DNA of 32,000 nucleotides from Candidatus Brocadia sp. (GTDB lineage Bacteria; Planctomycetota; Brocadiia; Brocadiales; Brocadiaceae). Positions 24,354 through 32,000 of this stretch are shown here, in pieces. The position numbers and the translations under genes are program-made. The DNA is taken from assembly GCA_021650915.1 (NCBI GenBank), contig CP091279.1:870001-902000 (forward strand), given 5' to 3'. The notes under the pieces are model-generated. The model searched no databases. It was not told the DNA's origin and saw only the letters and a list, made by a program, of their open reading frames with translations. Numbering within the stretch: the stretch's first letter is position 1; each line of letters opens with the position of its first letter.

Positions 24354-26120
24354 CTACTGCACCAGCCGTATGCCCAGTTCATTCAGTTGTTGTGCATCGA
24401 CTTCCGATGGCGCATTGGTCATGAGACAGGTCGCCTTCTGCGTCTTCGGAAATGCGATCACCTCGCGGATATCATCAAGCTGCAACAGCAAGGTAACCAT
24501 GCGATCAACGCCCAATGCAATTCCTCCGTGAGGAGGCGCACCGTATTTGAGCGCATCAAGCAGGAATCCAAATTTCGCAGCGGCGCTTTCATCGTCTATG
24601 CCGAGCAGGCGGAAGACCCTTTTCTGCACCTCCGGCGTGTGGATACGAATACTGCCGCCGCCGAGTTCCACACCATTCAGCACAAGGTCATACGCACGCG
24701 CCTTCACCTCCAGGGGTTTCTCTTCCAGAGAGGGAAGGTCGTCAGGATGAGGTGAAGTAAACGGGTGATGAAGGGCCTCATACCGCTTTGCCTCCTCATT
24801 ATAATCGAACAAGGGAAAGTCCACAACCCACGAAAAATTGAATGTCCCGGCATCCACGAGTTTGTTCTTCTGCCCCAGATGGAGCCGGAGTTGCGCAAGC
24901 GACTGGGAGACCACTTTGGGTTTATCGGCAACAAAGAGGAGCAGATCACCCTTTCGCGCTTCCATCTGTTTTTGCAGCTTTTCCAGGGTTTCCGCCGGAA
25001 AGAATTTGGTGATCGAAGAGGATAAACCGTTTTCCTCCACCTTGAACCAGGCGAGTCCTTTTGCCCCGAATTGGCCGACAAAGGCCGTTAAATCATCGAT
25101 CTCCTTCCTTGAATAACTCCCGCAGCCATTCGCGTTGATACCTCGTATCTGTCCGCCCGATTTCATCGTGTCCAGAAACACCTTGAAATCCGACTTCTGA
25201 ACGATATCAGAGACGTCTTTTATCTTCATGCCAAAACGCAGATCCGGTGCGTCACAACCATACGAGGCCATGGCCTCCCGGTAGGAAAGGCGGGGAAACG
25301 GGACGGCAATCTTTTTCCCCATAACCTTCTCAAAGATCGTGGCCATGAGCCCCTCGATGACCTGAATGATATCATTTTCATCCACAAACGACATCTCCAT
25401 ATCCATCTGGGTAAATTCAGGCTGCCGCTGGGCGCGGAGGTCCTCGTCCCGGAAACAGCGTACGATTTGAAAGTAGCGGTCGTAGCCGGCTACCATGAGA
25501 ATCTGCTTGAAAAGCTGGGGCGACTGCGGCAACGCATAAAATTTTCCCAGGTTGACCCTGCTTGGAACCAAATAATCGCGGGCGCCTTCCGGCGTGCTCT
25601 TTGTCAACACCGGGGTTTCAATATCGACAAAGTTCAGACGGTCAAGGTATTCGCGTATAGCCTGACAGACCTTGTGGCGGAAGATCAAACGTCTCTGCAT
25701 TGCAGAGCGTCTCAGGTCCAGATACCGGTGCTTCAGCCGCAATTCCAGAGACACCTTGCTCTCGTCGGTAATTTCAAAGGGAGGCGTCTCCGCTTTATTA
25801 AGGACTTCAAGGGTATCCGCGTAAACTTCAATTTCCCCCGTGTCAAGGTGGGGATTTACCGTACCCGCTGGCCTGGCCGAGACAACTCCCCGCACGGCTA
25901 TGACATATTCTGGTCGCAACAGACCGGCGCTCTCATAGAATTCCTTGCCTCTGTTGGGATTAAAAACAACCTGCGTCATGCCGTACCGGTCCCGCAGGTC
26001 AATAAAAAGTAATCCTCCGTGGTCGCGGACGCTGCTTACCCAGCCAACAAGGGTAACGGCTGCCGCCACGTCGGTCATGCGCAACTGACCACTGGTATGC
26101 GTTCGCTTCAATGTAGACAT
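24354..26120 (-). CDS. aspS: Aspartate--tRNA ligase (bacterial type)
   Basis: 588 aa with FRDEDLRAQRQPEFTQMDMEMSF (motif 2 region) and PPHGGIALGVDRMV (motif 3 region). Confidence 0.95.
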   Translation of the reverse strand: MSTLKRTHTSGQLRMTDVAAAVTLVGWVSSVRDHGGLLFIDLRDRYGMTQVVFNPNRGKEFYESAGLLRPEYVIAVRGVVSARPAGTVNPHLDTGEIEVYADTLEVLNKAETPPFEITDESKVSLELRLKHRYLDLRRSAMQRRLIFRHKVCQAIREYLDRLNFVDIETPVLTKSTPEGARDYLVPSRVNLGKFYALPQSPQLFKQILMVAGYDRYFQIVRCFRDEDLRAQRQPEFTQMDMEMSFVDENDIIQVIEGLMATIFEKVMGKKIAVPFPRLSYREAMASYGCDAPDLRFGMKIKDVSDIVQKSDFKVFLDTMKSGGQIRGINANGCGSYSRKEIDDLTAFVGQFGAKGLAWFKVEENGLSSSITKFFPAETLEKLQKQMEARKGDLLLFVADKPKVVSQSLAQLRLHLGQKNKLVDAGTFNFSWVVDFPLFDYNEEAKRYEALHHPFTSPHPDDLPSLEEKPLEVKARAYDLVLNGVELGGGSIRIHTPEVQKRVFRLLGIDDESAAAKFGFLLDALKYGAPPHGGIALGVDRMVTLLLQLDDIREVIAFPKTQKATCLMTNAPSEVDAQQLNELGIRLVQ

Positions 26121-26156
26121 GGTATTTCAACTATCTCCCGGAAAATAAAACCTTCG

Positions 26157-27479
26157 CTAACTCTTCATGGATGCATCTTTGTTCAGAAACCACCTGGGAA
26201 CTTCGTTTTGTTTCAGGACAACCTCCTCGCCCGTCTCCATCACCTTGATCTTGACATCGCCCCGCGCCAGTTCGTCAGGACCTACGACCACAACATATTT
26301 TACCCCCAGCTTATTCGCCGTACGCATCTGCGCCTTCAGGCTTCTTCCTTCATAATCAAAATCGGCGGAAAGATTTGCCTTTCGCAAAAGGTTGAGCAGG
26401 CAGAAACCATGCTTTTTGGTTTCCTCGCTGATGGAAATGATATAGATCGATGGCGACGGACCGCACACTTCCTGCGAAAAGGTCTTATGCTTTGCCATAA
26501 CATTTTCAAGCGCCAGGATGGTTGCCTCCATCCCGATAGCGAAGCCTACGGAACCGATGGAAGGCCCTCCAATGTCAGAAATCAGATTATCGTACCGTCC
26601 TCCGGCACATATCGCATCGCGCGCACCCAGCGACGAGTGGGTAATCTCATACACCGTTTTGGTATAATAGTCCAATCCCCTCACCAGATGAGCATCTGCA
26701 ATATATGGAATACCGATCTCCAGCAGGGCTTCCCGCACCGCTTTTGCGTGCGACTGACATGACTCGCACAAATAATCGTTGATAGACGGCATATGGTGGC
26801 TGATCGATTTGCATCCCTCATTTTTGCAATCCAGGATACGGAACACATTCCGGTTGAGCCGCGACTGACAGAGTTCGCACAGCCCGTTTTTGTGGTCACA
26901 GAGCTTTTCCTTCAGGATAGTTCTGAAAACAGGCCTGCATTGCTCGCATCCGATGGAATTAATCTTGATCTTATACCCTTTCAGGCCAATACGGTCAAAG
27001 ATCCGGGTTGCAACACTGATGGTTTCCACATCAAGCAGGGGATCGGTTGCGCCCACCGCCTCGATTCCCATCTGGTGAAACTGCCGGAGCCGCCCGGCTT
27101 GCGGACGTTCCTTTCTGAATTGCGGACCGATATAATAAAATTTCTGGAATTTTTTTGTCTTATAGAGTTCATACTCCAGATATGCCCTCATCACCGGCGC
27201 CGTGTTTTCCGGACGCAGGGTTATGCTTGAATCCTCGCTATCGGAAAAGGTATACATCTCCTTCTCAACAATATCCGTGGCTTCCCCAATGCTCCTGATA
27301 AATAATCGCGTATCCTCAAACACGGGGGTGCGGATTTCATAATAACCGCTCAGTTCAAACTCCTGGCGTCCTGCTTCCTCGAGATTCCGCCATAAAGTCC
27401 ACTTCGTCGGCAAGATATCCACCGTCCCCCGGGGGGCTTTAAAGGTATACTCGACTTTCTTTTCCGTATTCACATCCAT
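26157..27479 (-). CDS. hisS: Histidine--tRNA ligase
   Basis: 440 aa with RLRQFHQMGIEAVG, CAGGRYDNLI and a C-terminal anticodon-binding domain. The insertion domain is Cys-rich. Confidence 0.93.
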   Translation of the reverse strand: MDVNTEKKVEYTFKAPRGTVDILPTKWTLWRNLEEAGRQEFELSGYYEIRTPVFEDTRLFIRSIGEATDIVEKEMYTFSDSEDSSITLRPENTAPVMRAYLEYELYKTKKFQKFYYIGPQFRKERPQAGRLRQFHQMGIEAVGATDPLLDVETISVATRIFDRIGLKGYKIKINSIGCEQCRPVFRTILKEKLCDHKNGLCELCQSRLNRNVFRILDCKNEGCKSISHHMPSINDYLCESCQSHAKAVREALLEIGIPYIADAHLVRGLDYYTKTVYEITHSSLGARDAICAGGRYDNLISDIGGPSIGSVGFAIGMEATILALENVMAKHKTFSQEVCGPSPSIYIISISEETKKHGFCLLNLLRKANLSADFDYEGRSLKAQMRTANKLGVKYVVVVGPDELARGDVKIKVMETGEEVVLKQNEVPRWFLNKDASMKS

Positions 27480-27650
27480 TCCCGTAGTCCTATTGATTTA
27501 CCCATACTTGCAGATAAAAAAATCCTTCCGTTTCATCCCCTGCCCTCATCCCGCCCGCAGAAAAGGCAACATCGGCACAACCGCCATTCTTCACCCCGGC
27601 AGAGGGACAGAGGTATGTATTCTTATAAAAGAAGGGTTCACAAAATTTTA

Positions 27651-27678
27651 ATTATACTCCGCATGAACCAATATGCAA
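27651..27678 (-). promoter_or_regulatory. Candidate promoter for hisS-aspS
   Basis: The reverse strand reads TTGCAT-N16-TATAAT. This would give a leader of about 165 nt before the hisS ATG. Confidence 0.5.
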
Positions 27679-27769
27679 GGCTTTCTTTATAATTCAACGG
27701 ATGAAAAGGACTCATCCGCGGGGGCGAGAAACCGTCTTTGTTTGTCAGTCGCAGACAAGCAACACCGGT

Positions 27770-28495
27770 TCAATGCTGACGGTATAAGACAGACCTTTGA
27801 AATTCTTTTCCCAACGTCCATCCGACAATAACGAGCGCCGATTTTTTAATCGACTGCCGCTTCACCTCACTGGCAATCTCCGCGAGCCTGGTGCAAACAA
27901 TCTTCTGTTCTGGCCACGTTGCCTTATACACAACGGCAACCGGACAATCCTTGCCATAGTGCGGCAGGAGCGTACGAACAATTTCTTCTATCTTGTCAAT
28001 GCTCAGGAAAATGCACAAGGTCGGCGTTGCCGCGGCCAGGACACTCAGATGCTCCTTTTCGGGAATAGGGGTTTTTCCTTCCATACGGGTGATCACAATG
28101 GTTTGCGTAACACCGGGAAGCGTCAATTCCTGCCGCAAAACTGCTGCTGAAGCAACGAAAGAACTCACCCCGGGAATAACCTCATAGGGAATTCCCAAGG
28201 TGTCGAGTACCTGCATCTGCTCCTGTATTGCCCCGTAAATGGAAGGATCTCCTGAGTGAATCCGTGCAACGTCCAGATTCTGCTCCCTGGCCTCCTTGTA
28301 GACAACCCCCATGTCCTCCAGGCTCATCCCGGAGGAGTCATATATCTTCGCACGAGGCGGAAGCGCCTTGAGCAGCTCAGGATTCACAAGAGATCCTGCA
28401 TAAATACAGTATTGAGACTGCTGAATAATCTTAAGGCCCCTGACGGTTATTAACTCAGGATCCCCCGGGCCTGCACCAATAAAATATACCTTCAT
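27770..28495 (-). CDS. cbiF: Precorrin-4 / cobalt-precorrin-4 C11-methyltransferase
   Basis: 241 aa with VYFIGAGPGDPELITVRG, YAGSLVNPELL, IHSGDPSIYGAIQEQ and VIPGVSSF. Confidence 0.88.
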   Translation of the reverse strand: MKVYFIGAGPGDPELITVRGLKIIQQSQYCIYAGSLVNPELLKALPPRAKIYDSSGMSLEDMGVVYKEAREQNLDVARIHSGDPSIYGAIQEQMQVLDTLGIPYEVIPGVSSFVASAAVLRQELTLPGVTQTIVITRMEGKTPIPEKEHLSVLAAATPTLCIFLSIDKIEEIVRTLLPHYGKDCPVAVVYKATWPEQKIVCTRLAEIASEVKRQSIKKSALVIVGWTLGKEFQRSVLYRQH

Positions 28496-28501
28496 ACGCT
28501 G

Positions 28502-28867
28502 TCAGTTCCCGTCTTTCCAGTGAATGGCATTAATCATAACCTTTTTCGATTCCTCTCCCATAATTTTAAATTGACTGTCTTTTATGAGATACGTCGAGGC
28601 TTCCTTGCTGCTGGTTCGTATCGTAACGATCCATGTCCCCCCGTCCCTGCTCACCGACTCAACCTTGCCTTTCTTGACGCTGATACCGATATTTAATACC
28701 GATTCCTCATCGTTTCCCGTTATTTGCCTGACACTCTCAACGGTGAATACCGTCGGCAGGCCGGTTCGCAATCTGATACCAGGCTCGTCATACTCGTAAA
28801 ACTGTCCGAATGCGGGCAACGACAAACTGCACAGTACTACGACCCATACAAAAATCTTGTTTTTCAT
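28502..28867 (-). CDS. Small secreted protein, function unknown
   Basis: 121 aa with a signal peptide (MKNKIFVWVVVLCSLSLPAFGQ) and an AGAGAGGA Shine-Dalgarno. The stop lies 6 nt before the cbiF start. Confidence 0.6.
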   Translation of the reverse strand: MKNKIFVWVVVLCSLSLPAFGQFYEYDEPGIRLRTGLPTVFTVESVRQITGNDEESVLNIGISVKKGKVESVSRDGGTWIVTIRTSSKEASTYLIKDSQFKIMGEESKKVMINAIHWKDGN

Positions 28868-28887
28868 ATGCTATCCTCTCTTATAGT

Positions 28888-28924
28888 ATTACTGTATAAA
28901 AACTTCTTTTTTCTGTAAGTTTTT
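28888..28924 (+). repeat. Module H copy 2
   Basis: attactgtataaaaacttcttttttctgtaagttttt lies 20 bp upstream (minus sense) of the 28502-28867 gene. Confidence 0.8.
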
Positions 28925-28966
28925 TCACAAACCCCTTTCAGGAGGTACCGTTTTTTATGAGGGAAA

Positions 28967-29057
28967 GATTGCTTTGCTTCACTCGCAATGACAACGTGCA
29001 GTGTGCCATCAAAGTGCATGGTCGCTGTCATTGCGAGGGGCCTTTTCCGAAGCAATC
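28967..29057. repeat. Inverted-repeat pair G (long imperfect hairpin)
   Basis: The left arm is gattgctt..ctcgcaatgac (28967-28992). The right arm is gtcattgcgag..aagcaatc (29027-29057). The outer 8 bp and inner 11 bp are complementary. Confidence 0.75.
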
Positions 29058-29078
29058 TCCCCGCTTTCATAAAGGAAA

Positions 29079-29104
29079 TTTGGTTGCGGCTGTGCCGCGC
29101 TATG
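29079..29104 (+). repeat. Module F copy 2
   Basis: tttggttgcggctgtgccgcgctatg. Confidence 0.85.
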
Positions 29105-29202
29105 GTGTTTACAAAATATGATTCAATCTTCCGCTCTCCCGTTTACGGGGGATGTTTGAAATTCCTAAACATTTCATTATATTTTGATGACTTTTTCAAG
29201 GG

Positions 29203-29230
29203 AGAGCGACGAGCCTCGTCGCCCTACAAC
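29203..29230 (+). repeat. 28-bp palindromic module E, copy 2
   Basis: Identical to 14398-14425. Confidence 0.9.
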
Positions 29231-29279
29231 CGGACTAACAATTAGTGGGCAAAACGCACCCTGCGCATAGATTTTACCT

Positions 29280-29309
29280 GGTGAATACGCTCCGCTTCAT
29301 CCACCCTCC
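29280..29309 (-). repeat. Short A hairpin module, degenerate copy
   Basis: ggtgaatacgctccgcttcatccaccctcc compares with ggtggatacgcttcgcttaatccaccctacc. Confidence 0.65.
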
Positions 29310-29398
29310 GCAAATGGTAAATCACACCCAGGACGTGACGTCAATAATCCCTCCCCATAATCTGTCCCAATATGATACACAGATATCACCATACATGG

Positions 29399-29508
29399 GT
29401 AGGGTGGATTAAGGCGATTGCCTTGTATCGCCGTATCCACCTTTCGTTTCTGAACCAGCCGAAGATGCTTTTATTTGGTGGATACGCTTCGCTTAATCCA
29501 CCCTACCC
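29399..29508 (-). repeat. Composite hairpin element A, copy 2 (inverted relative to 15483-15615)
   Basis: gtagggtggattaaggcgattgccttgtatcgccgtatccacc - 27 nt - ttttatttggtggatacgcttcgcttaatccaccctaccc. The terminal 15 nt are mutually complementary. Confidence 0.85.
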
Positions 29509-29556
29509 TGGTTGTTAGCCAGCGGCGGCGTGATACATGCCTGCCCTATTCTGGTG

Positions 29557-32000
29557 TCAAAAATTATGATAGACGTCCAGCGCCTCCTGGTCGCTTAATG
29601 CACGATTGTAGATACGGACGTCATCAATGGTGCCGTTAAAATACCCTGCTCTAACCCTTGAATGCCCTATCCTCATGTCCGTGTACGCCGCCAATGGCAC
29701 CACCGTGTTCCCCACCGGATGCGTTTGTGTATTGACCAGTTGACCATTCACATATAACTTTTGCTCGCCCGTTGCCTTGTTATACGTGCCTGCTGCATGG
29801 TACCAGATGCCCACCGAATTGCCTAAATTCATTTGCGTCGTTCGCATCGTCCTTACACCGCTGCCATTCTGTGTCGTAAGGACAAACTGGAGGGTATTGC
29901 TGGAGGCGCCTGACGGAAATCTCAATTCAAATCCCTCCATTAACTGTGCATTGGAATTATTCCTGAACCCGCTAAAGATGGCATCGTTCCGCGCCGTATC
30001 GTTGGCATTTTTGTAAAACCAGGCACAGACGGAGAGCTCGTCATGGTTACTCCGGGGTATTGACACATAGTCGTTCGCCCCGTCAAATCCCAAACCCCCT
30101 CCGTATCTTCCCGTCGTCCATGTCGCCCCGCCATTAACGCTTCCATGATTGCCGTTGCCAGACGAGTCATTGGCCACGGTCCCCGTATTTTCATCCAGGG
30201 CATAGCGCGCCTGCAACGCAGAGGTAAAGGCATTGTACAAGCCCTGCATCTCACGGTCGCTTAAGACGCGGTCGTAGAGGCGGACGTCATCAATGACGCC
30301 GTAGAAATACCCCGTCGTGGCCGCGGAATGTCCTATGGTCATGCCCGGATAATAGGTCATCGGCACGATGCTGTTTCCCGCCGGATGGGTTACCGTACGA
30401 ATCAGTTGACCATTGACATACAATCGCTGCTGGCCGGTGGCCTTGTTGTAACTGCACCCCACATGATACCAGCTCCCCGCGGCATTGAGCAGGTTCCGCC
30501 GGGCCGTTCGGCTTGTCCGGACACCGCTGCCGTCGCGGGTGATGAGGACAAAGTCCAGGGAATTGGGGGAAGCCGGGCTGAACCGCACTTCAAAACCCTC
30601 CTGCAGTTGCAGATTCGCATCGTTTCTGAAACCGCCTACGATGGCATCGGTATACGACACATCGTTGGCATGCTTGTAAAACCATGCAGACAGGGACATC
30701 TCGTCCGAGCTCATCAGGGGAATTGTCACGTAATCGCTGGTTCCGTTAAAGCCCAGCCCGCCGCCTTCTTTTCCCGTTGTCCAGGCAGCTCCGCTGATGG
30801 TGCCGTCTTTGTCATAAACCGACGAGTCGCCAGCCGTCGTGCCCGCTCCTTCGCTGAAGGCATAGTGGGCTATGCTATCGGCAAGGACGATGTGTCCCAG
30901 GGATGACGGGTTACTATGAGTATCCGCATTCCCGATCCAGATGACCTTTCCCTCACGATTTCCCCCATTGTCATCGTCACTATATCCTGCACTCAACCCC
31001 AGGGTCATACCCTCTGCGGGGGTAATCCCCAGATTGCCCCACGGTATGGCCAGCTCAATCGTGTATCCGCCGGGGACGGATGCCCAGCCGTGTAATACGC
31101 CGGTGGTGTTGCCGCTCCTTTCATAAAGTGAGGCATCATTCCACCCCTTGTTGAACCGGCGGTCGTGGCTGTCGTAGGTCGTACTGTGATTGTAATCCCC
31201 GTCGATAGAGACCTCGATACTGTCGTCATGCCAGACCGTGGCTGAATCATTGGAGAGATTATTATCCAGTACCCTCATACCCACATATAAATAGGTAGTA
31301 TCCCAGAGTACCCCGAATTGAGCCGTGTTGTTCGTTACCCCGTTTACCACCTTCGCTGCATCAATACCAACATCCCAGCCTGATTCGCTTAAATTGCCAT
31401 CGACGGTCATGCCGGATGAGGCGTATCGCACTGGTAAAGGTCTGGTGGTGAAGTTCCACGTAAAGTCTGAGGATATGGCGTTACCGGCCAGGTCAGTTAT
31501 CCCGGTGGTGAGGGTTGCCGTGTAGGTGGTGGAGTAGATCAACGGGCTTGTTGGGGTAAATGTGGCCGTTGTGCCGCTGTAAGAGACCGTTCCCGTGATG
31601 GCGCTGTTGAGGTTATTGTCACGGACGGTAAAGGTGTTTGTATTGATCGTAGCAGCGTTCATTGCCTCACTGAACATGGCCGTGATTACCCCTGTGACAT
31701 CAATTTCCGTTGCATTACCTGTCGGATTGGTGGAGCTGACCGTGGGCGGGGTTGTGTCGGGACTATAAAGCTCATGAATCTCAGATTCGGAAAGGGCACG
31801 GTTGTAGATTCTGACTTCATCGATGACACCATGAAAGTATTCACTGATATTTCTACTATAAACTGCACCAATGAGTAAATTTTCAGCGCTATTATTCATG
31901 ATACCTGTTCTTGATAAAGAGGCATCTTCCGCACCATTGAAGTACAACTTTACAAAATTTGAATCATACGTAACCGCAACATGTATCCACTGATCCGGTA
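29557..32000 (-). CDS. Large surface/secreted protein with three or more LamG (concanavalin-A-like) modules, an Ig-like domain and a CBM9/DOMON-like domain. The 5-prime end lies outside the window.
   Basis: The frame stays open to position 32000 (..PDQWIHVAVTYDSNFVKLYFNG..), so the TTG at 31947 in the ORF track is not the start. LamG hallmarks recur: W(Y/I)H(A/V)..(T/S)Y....(Q/K)..LYVNG ... GY(F)xG.IDDVRIYNRALS. The Ig-like segment is PPTVSSTNPTGNATEIDV...FTVRD. The CBM9-like segment is DGNLSESGW...WDTTYLYVGMRVLDN...WHDDSIEVSIDGD...YTIELAIPW. Confidence 0.8.
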   Translation of the reverse strand, partial: PDQWIHVAVTYDSNFVKLYFNGAEDASLSRTGIMNNSAENLLIGAVYSRNISEYFHGVIDEVRIYNRALSESEIHELYSPDTTPPTVSSTNPTGNATEIDVTGVITAMFSEAMNAATINTNTFTVRDNNLNSAITGTVSYSGTTATFTPTSPLIYSTTYTATLTTGITDLAGNAISSDFTWNFTTRPLPVRYASSGMTVDGNLSESGWDVGIDAAKVVNGVTNNTAQFGVLWDTTYLYVGMRVLDNNLSNDSATVWHDDSIEVSIDGDYNHSTTYDSHDRRFNKGWNDASLYERSGNTTGVLHGWASVPGGYTIELAIPWGNLGITPAEGMTLGLSAGYSDDDNGGNREGKVIWIGNADTHSNPSSLGHIVLADSIAHYAFSEGAGTTAGDSSVYDKDGTISGAAWTTGKEGGGLGFNGTSDYVTIPLMSSDEMSLSAWFYKHANDVSYTDAIVGGFRNDANLQLQEGFEVRFSPASPNSLDFVLITRDGSGVRTSRTARRNLLNAAGSWYHVGCSYNKATGQQRLYVNGQLIRTVTHPAGNSIVPMTYYPGMTIGHSAATTGYFYGVIDDVRLYDRVLSDREMQGLYNAFTSALQARYALDENTGTVANDSSGNGNHGSVNGGATWTTGRYGGGLGFDGANDYVSIPRSNHDELSVCAWFYKNANDTARNDAIFSGFRNNSNAQLMEGFELRFPSGASSNTLQFVLTTQNGSGVRTMRTTQMNLGNSVGIWYHAAGTYNKATGEQKLYVNGQLVNTQTHPVGNTVVPLAAYTDMRIGHSRVRAGYFNGTIDDVRIYNRALSDQEALDVYHNF

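Noticed and set aside
26019-26762. 247-aa plus-strand ORF spanning the aspS/hisS junction
   Set aside because: It is antisense to two unmistakable aminoacyl-tRNA synthetase genes and has no motifs. The same reasoning applies to 24327-24755, 25467-26012 and 26793-27230.
26740-26950. Four Cys pairs in the HisRS insertion domain (CEQC, CELC, CKNEGC, CESC) as a possible novel zinc module
   Set aside because: From memory, many bacterial HisRS carry a Cys-rich insertion with the LDCK...C motif, so this is probably a normal family feature.
27480-27650. Regulatory RNA (T-box or attenuator) in the ~165-nt hisS leader
   Set aside because: I could not identify convincing conserved structure or alternative terminator/antiterminator hairpins by eye. 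It is left as an unannotated leader.
28868-29100. Cobalamin riboswitch upstream of the cbiF unit
   Set aside because: I could not find a B12-box-like core (consensus roughly AGYCMGgAgaCCkGCc) on the minus strand. The region is explained by repeat modules. A covariance-model scan would be needed to exclude it fully.
28864-29245. ORFs 28864-29070 (minus) and 28988-29245 (plus)
   Set aside because: They lie entirely within the mosaic repeat region. Peptides such as VIASEAKQS and LRLCRAM are read-throughs of the G and F modules.
29557-32000. Diversity-generating retroelement target in the LamG protein
   Set aside because: There is no reverse transcriptase and no template repeat with adenine-specific mismatches. 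The internal similarity is an ordinary diverged tandem domain duplication.

Overview
This 32-kb window holds about 34 protein-coding genes. I found no rRNA or tRNA, no CRISPR array, and no recognisable transposase, integrase, reverse transcriptase or phage gene, so I cannot point to a canonical defence or mobile system. Most of the window is housekeeping. Positions 1-8174 form one long minus-strand cluster (purA-uppS-cdsA-phoH-ybeY-recO-BamD-like-LptE-like-folP-cdaA) with several 1-4 nt start/stop overlaps, behind a perfect TTGACA-17-TATAAT promoter. Next come a small lipoprotein-type monoheme cytochrome c, then panD-lgt. After that is a minus-strand unit of two AhbA/AhbB-type (NirD/L/G/H-like) siroheme decarboxylase subunits, preceded by an unusual PCP_red plus truncated sulfite-reductase-like Fe-S protein. 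A plus-strand cluster follows (coiled-coil protein, nucleotidyltransferase with a D-x-N active-site variant, TPM, LemA, small Cys-rich ORF). Then a minus-strand cluster (M16 peptidase pair, PF04008-like protein, EamA transporter, in-frame-deleted formimidoyltransferase remnant). The remainder is a TPR-thioredoxin fusion lacking the first CxxC cysteine, two TPR membrane proteins, hisS-aspS, an orphan cbiF behind a small secreted protein, and the 3-prime 2.4 kb of a large LamG/Ig-like/CBM9-like surface protein that runs off the window. Two things deserve a second look. (1) The Fe-S/PCP_red gene is translationally coupled to the siroheme decarboxylase genes and may be an undescribed tetrapyrrole-handling component. 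(2) Almost every long intergenic region is built from a shared set of short hairpin or MITE-like modules, at least seven families. These include a 117-bp element present as two 97 percent identical inverted copies 8.4 kb apart, and a 110-133 bp composite hairpin element present as inverted copies 13.8 kb apart. Several modules create fake ORFs or fake N-terminal extensions. Taxon guess from gene content only, unverifiable here: an anaerobic Gram-negative-type bacterium, possibly a Planctomycetota/anammox-like lineage. All domain calls come from reading motifs by eye; no database search was run.
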